From Somniosus microcephalus (taxonomy: Eukaryota), in assembly GCA_052327205.1 (NCBI GenBank), contig CM126235.1, positions 3,286,001 through 3,350,000 on the forward strand: DNA of 64,000 nucleotides. The letters run 5' to 3'. Position 1 is the first letter of the stretch, and every line of letters starts with the position of its first letter. Positions 1-12,532 of the stretch are shown piece by piece. The position numbers were made by a program, and so were the translations under genes. Below the pieces are notes generated by a model that was given only the letters and a program-made list of their open reading frames with translations, was not told where the DNA came from and did no database searches.

Positions 1-383
1 TTAAGTTTATAGAGATCTCAGCGGTTTTCCTCCATTCTTGTGTGCAATCTGCTGTCCCATTTTCTACTTCTCATACCCGCATGCCCAGGTTATGGAACAG
101 GAGTGTGCTGAATAGCTGGCTGGTCCTCTATCCTGACAAAGTACAGTGTCTAGGGAGGACAGCCTGATGCAGCTGGACCTTTCCTGGGACAGAGCGGGGT
201 AATGACCTGGCAGGTGACTGCTCTTCAGTGTGGCACATAATGGGAAACTGCTGGATGAGAGAGAGAGAGAGAAAGACTAAAAACCTCAAAGCTGGAGGTA
301 AACCAAAGTGAATCTCTCCAAATTTGTAGTCATGTAGCAGTACCACCGAGTGTCCCTTACTTACCGTACATAATTCCCTTTAA

Positions 384-714
384 CGTAACGATGTATATAT
401 GCGGTTTGCCTGTGTGGGGCGTTCCCCCTTTGGGAGCGCGGGCGAACGCGATGACGTCACGCCGCACATCACGTGACTGCCCCAAGCACAGGCAAACGCG
501 ATGACGTCATGACACAATCCCCGGGACTGACTAGTCAGTCCTCGTGGCGTCTCCGTCTGGCTAAGACCTACTTAATGGCTCTCTTGTACCGATCTCAGCC
601 AGCTGTTGGAATTCGATTATTCTTGCATTAAAGAACGATTTGATTATTCTCCTGGAGTCGACCTCGATTATTTGATAGGCATTCGTCCAACACCTACAAT
701 TGGTGAACCCGAAT
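384..714 (+). mobile_element. LTR-like element followed by a primer-binding site (tRNA-Trp-like)
   Basis: CpG-rich 315 bp ending ...CCTACA, then AT, then TGGTGAACCCGA (compare tRNA-Trp PBS TGGTGACCCCGA); ATTAAA at 627-632; two CRE motifs and an E-box. Confidence 0.6.
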
Positions 715-1411
715 ACCTACAGTCCTATGATTTGCATCGCTATTCTACATTATTGAAAAAGGTGCATCCTATTATAAGTTGAAATACTGATGGTTGCAGG
801 TCTGCTGTGGGGAGTTGTGGGAGGAATTGAATTGAGCACCTCACACACGAAGCACATTTACTGGTTGAAGTGCAATTTTCTTGCAGTGTGTTGATACCAA
901 TATGTAAAACAGGCCTAATGACAATGCTTCATTTGTGTATAAATGTCGATAGGGTTAAATTAAACATTTTTGGCAGTTAACAAACGTGCAAGTTCCAAAA
1001 GACATTCACAAGGGTTAATAATAAATGATGAAAGCATATTGAGCTTACTTTGAACATTCTTGGCCTTGTGAACTCCTAAATTGCAGCTGTTTTTTGAGTC
1101 CATTCCACCCCTGTGCCATCTCGTGTTTAGTGACAGTTGAGATGTTTTGTAAGCTTGGTTGCACTGCATTTCCCACCCCGCCCACCCAAAATAAAAAATC
1201 TGGGTACTAACTTTGTGCATAACCAGTCATTGATGCAGAGTTTCCCTTTACTCGTGTGCAATGACTTAAGTTTGAGTTTGGCGGGGAGCTACTGGCCATT
1301 GTCCGCTTACATGGGCTAATGTTGCATGTCGTGTATGAAGGTGAAAACTTAGTGACAAGGCAAAGCCTCATCTCCAGAAGTTTGAATGATTGTACTTTGT
1401 TCATTTTTCAG

Positions 1412-1927
1412 CTTTCATCAGTCAGTGGCATCAGGACCCGAAGGAAAAGGTCGTTCTACAGTTGCTTTCCCACCTTCCTTTACTTCAGCCTGGCAATGTG
1501 GAGGCCAAGTCCGAGTACATGAAGTTGCTGCAGAAGGTGCTGGCCTATTCCATCGATAGCAACCTGTTCATAGAGGAGAGCCGGCAGCTCTTATCCTATG
1601 CACTAATCCATCCTGCCACCTCACTGGATGACCGGAGTTCTCTGGCCTTATGGCTAACCCACTTGGAGGAGCGCATGTCAAGCAACTACAGTTCGCAGAA
1701 TGTGGGCCGGGCAGACTCTATCTACGCAGGGGTGTACAACCAAAATCAAAGGCAGAATGTCGAAGACAAACTAAATGAATGGCAGAATCGAGCGGATAGC
1801 GGCATGTGCGTCACTGTCCCTGCTTGGCAGGACAAGTCAATGACTTGCGAGAATGGACATTTGCCTCTGCATACATCTGCATCGGTGCCATCTGCTATGA
1901 ACAACATTGGAAGCAATACAAGTACAG
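1412..1927 (+). CDS. SAMD4B: SAMD4B coding exon (Smaug N-terminal homology region), 516 nt, phase 1-1
   Basis: tttttcag|CTTTCATC...AGTACAG|gtaagg; encodes [29 protein letters not shown]...IGSNTST. Confidence 0.95.
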
Positions 1928-2206
1928 GTAAGGTAGACATTTAATTATCGAGTTTGAACATAAAAGGTGGCTTGCGCTTGAGCCCCTGTGCTGAGTGTTT
2001 CTGGCATTGTTGCTGGATTTTTGTCACAATGTGGCTGGTAAAGATAAATTTGTTGACTAGACTGGCCCAGTCAATAAAAGTGGACTTTGCATTTATCTAT
2101 TCTGTTCTACATGTACTGTCTTCATTGGCCAATTCTGAAGTATTTTGGCATCAAGTGCATATGTGCTGAAACTCTTTACTCTCTTTCCCCCTCCCCACTG
2201 GGTAAA

Positions 2207-2626
2207 GGCGGCACGCCATGTAAACCCAATCCACACCAACCTGAAGGTCCAGGACTTGATAACAAAAGTGCTATTCCTCGTGTGTAAATCTAGACCGCCA
2301 GCGATGTGGGCGGTTTGATTGTGGACGACGGTCTGTTGCCTGTTGCCTCACAGCGCCAGGGACCCGGGTTCGAATCCGGCCTCGGGTGACTGTGTGGAGT
2401 TTGCACATTCTCCCCGTGTTTGCGTGGGTTTTCTCCGGGTGCTCCGGTTTCCTCCCACAGTCCAAAGATGTGCAGGTTAGGTTGATTGGTTATGATAAAA
2501 ATTGACCCTTAGTGTTAGGGGGATTAAATACGTGGGTTACGGGGATTGGGAGGGATATGTGTCGGTGCAGGCTCGATGGGCTGAAATGGCCTCTATCTGT
2601 ACTGTGAGGTTTCTGTGATTTCTGTG
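2207..2626 (+). mobile_element. HE1-type V-SINE (tRNA-derived) with interrupted A-box
   Basis: B-box GGGTTCGAATCC; V-domain GTGTGGAGTTTGCACATTCTCCCCGTG...TCCGGTTTCCTCCCACAGTCCAAAGATGTGCAGGTTAGG; CR1-like tail. Confidence 0.85.
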
Positions 2627-3009
2627 GCATCACCGAATCTGGTCCTCGCCGTTTATCCCTACTTGGCCACTTTCCAGCAGAGGCCCTGGACATTATTTGG
2701 GACCAGTAACCCTGACTGGATTTTATTAATTTGCCATTACTATGCAGAGTTGCTTTTACATGCAAAACAATAGGCAAACTAAGTTTAAACACGAAACTGA
2801 AACAGTGCACAAGTGGCTCATAAACCATCGAAATTACAGCCCAGCCTGAGGCCATTCCAACCCTGAATCCACTTCCCCGCCCGTTTTACATTTTTATATT
2901 CTTTTCCGATATTTATCCAATTCCCTTTTTTTAAACTGATATTAGAGTCTCTGTCTCAGTAGCCACTTGTGGCCAAGCATTCTGTGCTCTGACCTCCCCA
3001 TCATTCGCC

Positions 3010-3120
3010 ATTCCCCACATTACAACAGTGACTACACTTCAAAAGTGCTTCATTGGCTGTAAAGTGCTTTGAGACGTCCGGTGGTGAAAGGCGCTATAGA
3101 AATGAAAGTCTTTCTCTTCT
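3010..3120 (+). mobile_element. DeuSINE (SacSINE1-like) 3' fragment
   Basis: cacattacaacagtgactacacttcaaaag...ggcgctatagaaatgaaagtctttc, shared with the full copies in this window. Confidence 0.8.
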
Positions 3121-3203
3121 TACTAGTGATTATCTGGAGTCTACACTGCCTTGTTACCGATTCACCAATCACTACAAAAAATCTTTCCCTGTTCACCCTT
3201 TTA

Positions 3204-3498
3204 TATTAAGATATATGAGCACCGCTTAAAAATCATGCCATAAATCGCAACTTCTACAAGAAGTAACTCGGAGTACTACTGAACGGCCAGCTGAGGGCGC
3301 CGCCCGAGGAGTATAAATACTCGGGCGTGGGCCCAACTTGGCCAGAGACAATCTGGAAACAGGAAGCTAGTGACTACTAACTAGACCTCCATGTTTTGTT
3401 ACAAGTCGATTTAAAGCCTTGCTTTATGTACAACCAAGTGCGTCGTGAGTCTTTATTACGTCACATCACTGTTCTGGTGAAAACATTTGGTACCAGAA
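3204..3498 (+). mobile_element. LTR-like element followed by a primer-binding site (tRNA-Leu-like)
   Basis: TATAAATA at 3312; ends ...GAAAACA, then TT, then TGGTACCAGAA (complement of the recalled tRNA-Leu(UAA) 3' end); CpG-rich. Confidence 0.55.
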
Positions 3499-6400
3499 AG
3501 CCGAAAAAATATATAGCTTTAAAAATATATCAATCAAATGAACAGAAGAACTTCGATTTATGTGGTACTTTTCATGTCCTCAGGATGTCCCAAAGCACTT
3601 TGCAGCCAATGAATCACACTTGAAGTGTAGTCACGGTTGCTACAGTTCACTAGCAGTGGTGTAACTAGAATTAATGTCTGTGCCACCTGCCGGTGTTTGA
3701 GCTCTGCTTATACCATTGCTTTCATTTGTTATTTTCACTGGGCCGCTGATAAATTGGCCAGGGTTTCTTCCTCCCTCCCCCCCCCCCCCCCCCCCACCCG
3801 CCTCAGTTTAAAATATAAATTTTAATTGGAAATAAACAGACAACCTTTTATGCAGATTTAAGGTCAGATACTGCAGTGTCGAATAGTTTTTATTCAGTTG
3901 ATGTGGTTTGCATTACCTGATTTTTGCCTAGCCCTGCAACCCATACTTTATAATTCCAATGTTATTGGCGTGAAAGAAGCACTGAGATCTTTTCCCACGG
4001 GTCGGTGAGAGTGGTTTGCTCATGGGAGCTTGCTGTGAGTTGGTGTGTTTGCCAAGTTCGACAATATCTGCTAATGGCTTAACCCTTAAGACTTAAAAAG
4101 TTGTTAATTAAAAGCTGTATTCAGATACACTGTCCAAAGATACTCGTCCAAAATTCACCTTTTTATAACAAGCGCGTGAGACCTCACTTTGCAGAGCGTT
4201 GCATCAAAGTGTTCGGTTCTCCTGCTAGATCAGTTGGTGAATACACTCCCCTGTGTGAAAGCAGCCAGGAAGCTCCAGGGTTTGGCTCCTGTGTTAGCTG
4301 GTGGTGATGGAGGTGCTGGAGTTGGGTGTTGGCACCCCTGGGCTAGGAAAGGGGAAAGACCAGGTTTCTGCTTCCGAGTTCTGTCCAGTGACCCCTGTTG
4401 AAAAGTTTCCTTGTACTGACATTTGGCGAGGGCAAGGATCTATGATTTCACACCCACCCCCCACCGTTTTGTAGTTCGAGTTCATGCATGATTAATAGCT
4501 TGGGAACTACCAGAGGGCTGTGTCCATAATTTTCCTGAATGCACTGCTTCAATTGAAAGAGCTAAACAATCCGTGTAGGAAAATTGTATACCCAATTTGA
4601 AAATGCTGAAGTTTACTCGAACTCTGTGTTGAGGTCTGCAGTGATTGTGCTTTGTTCTCCGTGCACTGTGAAATTGGTAACCACATGAGAATATGGACAT
4701 GGTACGCAGTGATCTCATTACAGGCTGGACCTCTGATTGTGGAAAAATAATTCATGCCCTCACAGAGCCTTGTAGATGTGGCACTTGGCACTGAAGTAAT
4801 GATGTATTTCTGCACTGGAGTAACTGACATTACATATTCAGAGACCTTGTATTACTTATCACTAGGATCTTTCTGGATTGCATGCTAGAGTTCAATACAA
4901 ATGGAGAGAACGTGCCCGTCTGCCGTAATGCTCATGTTTTGGTTTTAAAGTTTTACATTTTTGGAGGAGGATTTTCTATGGAGTTGGAAACTTCTGATGT
5001 TGCACAGAAATATTCAAAAAGGTGAAAAGGGGAGCTTCTCTCTACCCACCCCCCTCCCCCCACCGCCCCAATGACCTAGTGGGAAAATGCGCTACCAAGA
5101 AGGTCCCAAGTTCAGTTCTTGGTCTGGGCTGAGTTAGGTGATGTGACTGGACAACAAGTGGGATGTTACAATTTGGCTCAACGTCCCAGACTGGAAGGGT
5201 TTCCAACTTCTGATCACTATTCGATGACTACTAATGGAAAGTACACTGAGATCAGATTCCGTCCTGGCTGTGCTGTTCTCTAGTTGAAAAGTCTGTCGGC
5301 ACTATCTTAGCTCGGGTTCATGCGGGAAGAACAGCCAGGTAGTTGAGGGTGAGCAGCGCCTATGGAATGTGCGGTTCCCTAGCAAACAAGTTAGTGCCTT
5401 TTAGAAGGGGGGAAGAAAAAGGTTGCAATGTGCTTGCTTAGCTTGGATAATCTTGAACTAACTGCTGTTTGCACAAAGTAATGTTAAGCCAGAAATCTCT
5501 GACTGCTGTGCCATATTTTAAGAATCGTTCATTTGTTCCATCCATTCCTCTCCTGGGTATTTGAGCAGTAGAAGCATTTTAGGCAGTTCAGTGAGTAGTT
5601 CCAACAAACTGCGCCACGGAATAGGTTATGAATTTTCACCGTAAGTTTCTGAACTTGGCTACATTGTTGGGGGAAGGGGGGGGGGGGCGGAGAATGGAAG
5701 AACAGCATTTCTCCTCAAAGATGGATGAAATAGCTTAGAAAGTCACCAAGCTCTTGCATACATCTGGTTTTGGTTTCAGAGTAGCATTGACAGAGGCCTT
5801 GGGAGCATATCAATTGTCCACCCTCTTGCTGAGGAGCAATGCATTGTTCAGGATAGGGGTCCTAAATGAGGGAGAAAATAACTTATTAAAACAACACTCA
5901 GAAAATGTCTGCTGCAGATGTTACATAATAGAAACCATGTGCATTATAAAAGCTACAGAGAACATTCAGTACTCCACCATGCCAGTGGCATCAGCCTATA
6001 TATAGATTGGAACAAAAATGCCTGAAGGCAGTACAAACCCACAGCTGTTTTTCCCCTCTGTGCAGTCAACTAAAATTATGCATCTTGGGCTTTCCGTGAA
6101 TGACATGTACGTGAAACCAATAGAAATAAATGATGGACTTCAATCAGCTGTCACCATTGTAAACTCATTGGCAGCAGACCAGTTCTGATTAGGGTTTTAT
6201 TCTGGAAGATAATGACTTCCCTGCTCAATTATTATATTGAGGTACAGCCTCACTGGCGCTTTTGCTCCCTTTTTCGAGATGCGGGAGTGGCAATGGGAAG
6301 TGAGTGCTGACATGTGCCGCTGTCTGCCATTTTATTCTTCTGGCAGGACAGAAATGCAATTTTCACACTGCTTGCTTCCCCAACATGACAGAAGGTCTGT

Positions 6401-7837
6401 GGCCAGATTTTGAGAGTCACGCCTGCGACTTTATAGTAACTGCGAATGCACAAATTTTGCACATGGCGGATGTTTCTGTTATCAAATTTACTGCCTATTA
6501 TAAACCAAGCAAATTAGATAAAATATAAATCAGCTAACTGGCCCTGCAATATAAATGTAGTTTAAGGGTTCTTCTACAGGGGCCAGGAGACAATTGGTTG
6601 TTATTTAATCGACTTGGTGTGCGGTAAATACCCACACGCAGTCTAATCCTCACTGGTACCGGTGGGCAGTATGGAGCAGAGACCTGCTGCTTTGCCAGTG
6701 TCTTCAGTAAAGAGTACCAGTTGTGTGGAGCATAAACACCGGTGTGGACCTGTTGGGCCGAATGGCCTGTTTCTGTGCTGTAAATACCGTGTAATCTCAC
6801 TCCCACAGGACATTGAGGGGAACTTGGTGTTTTCTATTCCGAATACTGTCTTTGTAAAATGTATTACAAACACTCTCTGTAGAGTACTAAACAAATGTGT
6901 GTTGTCGTGACTCATTGATTTTTTTTCTTCTCCTCCTTCGGTTTCGATTTCAGGGAAAAAAAAATCATCTGTAGATTATTCCACAGCTGAGATTTCACCC
7001 AGGCAACTGGTTCCCAAACATCAGCCGGTACTGCCATGAGTTGGCTGCTAGGACTTATTTTTTGTATTTTTCCCCTTCTGTTATATTATCAACATACCCC
7101 AGACTGGCGACTCCCCAAGCGTGGAGTGACCTTTCCCTATGATCAGAGAATGGTGAGCATGAACACGCACTCATCCCTGCTCTGCAGTGCACTGGAGCTG
7201 TGCTGGCTTGCCTTTTTTTAAGAAATGTGGAAAAGGATTTTTTTATTAGGGAAAAATTGATGCCAGGGAGCTCTGGCTTGATGGTGACGGGCAAGCTGTT
7301 GTGGGTGCAACAAACCTCATTGGAGGTTAACTTCATTTCCCTCGTTTTATTAAAAAAAAATTGAAGTGTGTATGAACTATTTTAATGGCATCCTGACTAA
7401 CCTATGTGGTGATGCAATACCTTCAACCCACACAAACTTTGTCATCACGTTCATCTGTTTTCACTAACTGGGTTTTATGTGAAGAGTTTGCCTTGGCTGC
7501 GTATTTACATACCTAACATACTTGTGTGATCTCTGTCTATCCAAACTGTATTTGTATACCTCAGGAAATGTGCCTTGTTTGCTAACTTGGTTGTCTAGTC
7601 TGTCTGACTTTATGGGGCTTTTTAATATGCTGCGTTCTCCCTCCATGAAGAAAATCTATATAATGGAGGTGGTTGGACACTCTTGGTAATGGAAATGCTT
7701 CCCTTCGGAAGCTGTTGGTTTGGGATGTACAATTGAAAATGCTTCTCTGGGAACCTTTCTCAATAACTGAAAAGATTGGCTTGCCTGCTATATGCTGATT
7801 TTTCCCTGCCCCTGCGAAGGAAGCAAATTAATGAAGT

Positions 7838-8690
7838 AATAACAACAGCAACTTGTATTTATATAGCGCCTTTAACATAGTAAAACGTCCTAAGGCGCTT
7901 CACAGGAGTATTAAAAGACAAAACATTTGACACCGAGCCGCATGAGATATTGGGGCAGCTGACCAAAAGCTTGGTCAAAGAGGTAGGTTTTAAGGAGTGT
8001 CTTAAAGGAGGAGAGAGGTGTTTAGGCAAGGAATTCCAGAGCTTAGGAAGCTTAGAAGCCACCAATGGCTGAGTGATTATAACCGGATGTTCAAGCGGGC
8101 AGAATTAGAGGAGCGCAGATATCTCGGGGGTGGGGGGGTTGTGGGGCTGGAAGAGGTTACAGAGATAGGGAGGGGCGAGGCCATGGAGGGATTTGAAAAC
8201 GAGGATGAGAATTTTGAAATTGAGGCGCTGCTTAACCAGGAGCCAGTGTAGGTCAGCGAGCACAGGGGGTGATGGGCAAACGGGACTTGGTGCGAGTTAG
8301 GACACGGGCAGCCGAGTTTTGGATGACCTCAAGTTTACGTAGGGTGGAATGTGGGAGGCCAGCCAGGAGCGCGTTGGAATAGTCAAGTCTAGAGATAACA
8401 AAGGCATGGATGAGGGTTTCAGCAGCGGATGAGCTGAGGCAAGGGCGGAGACGGGCGATGTTACGGAGGTGGAAGTAGGCGGTCTTAGTTATGCTGCGGA
8501 TATGTGATCAGAAGCTCATTTCAGGGTCAAATATGACACCAAGGTTGCGAACAGTGTGGTTCAGCCTCAGACAGATGTTAGGGAGAGGGATGGAGGCAGT
8601 GGCTGGGGAACGGAGTTTGTGGCGGGGACCGAAAACAATGGATTTGGTCTTCCCAGTATTTAATTGGAGAAAGTTTCTGCTCATCCAGAA
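7838..8690 (-). mobile_element. L2-clade LINE 3' fragment
   Basis: Minus strand encodes AAETLIHAFVISRLDYSNALLAGLP...IQNSAARVLTRTK...LADLHWL; 3' tail resembles the DeuSINE tail. Confidence 0.85.
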
Positions 8691-9731
8691 CCTGGCTTAC
8701 AAAGAAAAGGTAAAATGAGAGAGAGCAAACACACAAACTTGTTACAGATTTGGTGAGGAATGAGATTTGGATTATTCAATCCTCTTCACTTCTATTAAAA
8801 TTACTTATCGGCTCCCCCAGTGATTAATGTCGATACTGTGTGCTGCTGAGGTGCACGGCCAGGAAAGATCCCAGGGTTAAATCCTCGGTCTGTGAGTTAG
8901 CTTGCCTTAGTTTGGGCAGTGGTGATGTCACGGGTATCTGTGTCTGTGATTGGACCAAGCTGTAATTGCACCACCCCCCTCCCACGCCGCATAGTCTGCT
9001 GATGGTAATTGTCGAGGCTCAAATGCCTGGAATGGCACATGGGAGATGTACTTGACTGGTACCAACTTCCCTTTTTGGAGAGGAGGAGCAGAATTGTCAG
9101 CAACTGCACTTAAGACTTGCATAGCTTGTCTTCAGCCCTCTCCTTAAAAATACTGGCTGTGCAGATTTCTCAAATAAATGAGTCCAGCTGCTGCTTTGGG
9201 GATTAATCTGGCTATTTTCAGCAGTCTGTGGGAGATGGAGCTTACCGTTTAATAGGGTATAAACTTAGTGGGAGACATTCAATGCAGAAACAGCAACTCC
9301 AGTGAAAGGAGCCATAGATATGCCTTCCTCTCCCCGCCCCAACACAGAGGCAAGAACCTAACGCAGAAGGAAAAGATGACGAGCCAAATTCCTCTCCTCC
9401 GCTGATTCACAGCATAACCATTTTTACTTTGAGTGGGTGAAAATTTCCCAAAGCAGCGTGGCTTGTGCCAGGAGCCTGACTTGTTCTTGTGAATGTTCAT
9501 ATTTAGATTGAGTTTCATTCATTGTAGAAGTACAGCTAATTTTGTTTTTGGGGGAGTTTTTATTTACTGAAGAGGTGGTCTCCCCTTGGTGTTATAAGTT
9601 GTAGGATTTCATAAATGACAAATATTAAAAACTTGTGGCAAAAGGTTGTTTGACATTTCACCTAATATAGGTGTGAGCGATTGCAAACATGGGCCGTCCC
9701 AAACATGGTGAAAACTCTCACATCCGCCGTC

Positions 9732-9859
9732 TAATGTTCCCTGTAAGCTGCGCTTTGTTCCACGCGGTATTTACAATGTAAAAGCCGGTGAGCAGTCTGC
9801 GCGGGACCTTTTCAGATTACTGTGTGGCTGCACGAGCGGGCTCCTTAGTGAGAGCGTTG
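9732..9859. mobile_element. Degenerate hAT-like MITE
   Basis: Ends taatgttccctgtaag / cttagtgagagcgttg; similar ends to the element at 43364. Confidence 0.4.
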
Positions 9860-12063
9860 CCGCGAACTCTGGGGCTCGGGTCCAGATGATTATACGGGCA
9901 ACTTCAATAAAGTGAGCACGTGGCTTCCAAGAAAAAAAAACTTAAAATTCAGTTTCTCGGTATCCTTGCAATAGTACAAGCTTTCTCTGACTAAAATGGT
10001 AAATGTACAGTAACAACTGTGTGGTTAATGTTTTTACGTTGTGTGCTTGGGGATGGGCGAAGTGATCTGTGTAGTGTGGGGGCGGGGTGGGGTGTGCAGT
10101 GTGTTTGACCACTCGTACTACTATAGGCTACTGACACACCAGTATCCCCTACATATTGATCATCAGAATGGGGGTGGGGTGCGTAGGAGAAAGAGTGGAA
10201 GCCAAGCACTCCCCTTATAGAAGACTGGGGAAAGGGAGACTGAAAGAAAGTGGTCTACTATTGCAGACTTGGTGGGGGGGGGGGAAGGACAACGTAAGTG
10301 AGGGGAAGGGGAAAAGATACCATTTTGTTTAGAAGTCTGATCTCGTTGCAACACCCAGGCAAGCGACTACTCATTCACTTGATTCAGCCGATTTCCCCAA
10401 ATATTGCTATCACTCACCATTTGAACAAACTCTTTTTAAAAGCTATTGGAGGGAGATGGAATATTAAAAGTCTGATTTTCTCTGTCCTGTGAGCCATCTG
10501 ATGTGCTTTCCAATAACACAAGGAGCAAGCACTTGCATCTGGGCAATATTAGGTGCACAGTTTTATCTGGTGTTCCAGTGAAAGACCATTCAGTTCTAAT
10601 CCTGTTTACATGCTTCCTAATTGTAGCCCTTAAGCATATTGTGTTTGTTGTATCTTGACCAGCAGCATAAACCACCTTGTTTAAAAAGAAATCATTTAAA
10701 CTTCTTCGGTTCATATAGGCCAAGAGTCTGTGCCAGCTAACATTTAAGCCTCTGCCATTAGGTACCTGACTGTGGTGCAGGATGGCTTGTGCTAAATTTC
10801 TCCCCTCCCAATGGGCACGCTCCAAACCTCTCTTTCGAGCCTTGAGCACACAGATCGACTGAGACCATCACACGGTGAGTCATGGTAACCTTCTGCTCCA
10901 TGGAGCAGCCCATTGTTGCACCGTGAAATGGCATTTGGAAGGAAAACCAAAAACAGGACAGATTGTCTAAAGAGCATTTCTTGTAATTACATCTTCAAAT
11001 CTTAGAACTGATGCTTCTAATTAAACTACATTTGTTGAAGGGCGCTCCTGTAAGCATCCTGAATAGTTGTATGTGCGCAATTCATGTCCTCCTATAATCC
11101 AGTTAGAGCATGAACAGCTCGGAGCTAATATTCTTGAACCTTGTACAAGAATACCCAGTGATTTCGTGCCACGCAGTGGCTTGGTTAGCAGTCACCGTTC
11201 AGAAACTGAGCAACACAAAGGTGGTCAGCTATATTGCGCTCGCTGGATTGATGAGGGAATTATAATTGACTTCAGTGCCCATGGAGGTGAAAAACCAGCC
11301 AGGGTTACTGTTCCTGGTCACTCGCTCAGGCTCCCTGCCAAGGTTCATTCATTAAGGAAGGCCATTTGGGTGACATGCCGGTGGCAGTGCTGGGAGTGGA
11401 GCGTCTTGCACCATGTTTGTTTTTGGAACAAAGTGCTTCCTTGAAGCATCTCCTCTACTGACTGCGTCACACTGACCTTCCCATTCTCTCTCCCCACCCG
11501 GCCCAAAAACATGTAAAAAAACAAAATCTTTCTAGTGTGGGATTGGAGACCATTTTGGCATGTGGACCATCTCAATAATGCCATGGGATATCTACGCTTT
11601 GTAGATTTTAAACTCTCGTAACTCTTTTCTACAAAGCTTTTTTAAGCATTTAGTTCAGTTAAGAAAGTAGTTTGCTTAAAAAGCTGAATGTAGAGTTGCT
11701 GAGTATTCCGCTCATAGCAGCGCTGGTGTTGGGACGTGGATTGTCTACGCTGAGTTTCTGATCTCGGTCACATCTCCTGGCTGGGGCCTAAGTGTCCCAT
11801 AGAGAACAAGACTAATCAGAGGAATGACTTCCTGATCTGTTCTAGTGCAAACGGTTTGAGTGGCATTGGTAGAGATGCAGGAGCAGGGCTTATTCTTGCC
11901 CTCTGTACGATGTGATGGGTGGGAAAACCTAGAGAGAGAAAGGAAAAAATTATTTTTCCAAAAATAAAGTAATGCGAAGCTTCCCCTGTGGCTTAGTGGA
12001 TACATGCACTAAATCTGTGGCGTGGCAATGAGTCAGGTCAGTCTGAGCTGATCGCATTCATTG

Positions 12064-12532
12064 AAACATAGAAACATAGAAGATAGGAGCAGGAGTAGGC
12101 CATTCGTCCCCTCGAGCCTGCTCAGCCATTCAATGAGATCATGGCTGATCATCCAAATTCAGTACCCTGTCCCTGCCTTCTCCCCATATCCCTTGATCCC
12201 TTTAGCTTTAAGAAATATATCTAACTCCTTCAATATATTTAATGACTTGGCCTCAACTGCCTTCTGTGGTAGAGAATTCCACAGGTTCACCACTCTCTGG
12301 GTGAAGAAATTCCTCCTCATCTCTGTCCTAAATGGCTTACCCGTTATCCTTAGACTGTGACCTCTGGTTCTGGACTCCCCCGCCATCGGGAACATCCTTC
12401 CTGCATCTCGTCCTGTTAGAATTTTATAAGTTTCAATGAGATCCCCTCTCATTCTTCTAAACTCCAGCGAGTATAAGCCCAATCGACCCAATCTCTCCTC
12501 CTATGTCATTCCTGCCATCCCAGGTATCAGTC
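12064..12532 (-). mobile_element. CR1 LINE 3' fragment
   Basis: RLGLYSLEFRRMRGDLIETYKIL...FFTQRVVNLWNSLP; tail (CTATGTTT)n. Confidence 0.92.

Noticed and set aside
1928-1944. Tandem donor (GTAAG/GTAGAC) and the ORF-track extension GKVDI
   Set aside because: The first GT is the consensus and phase-compatible; the second would frameshift, and the extension is intronic.
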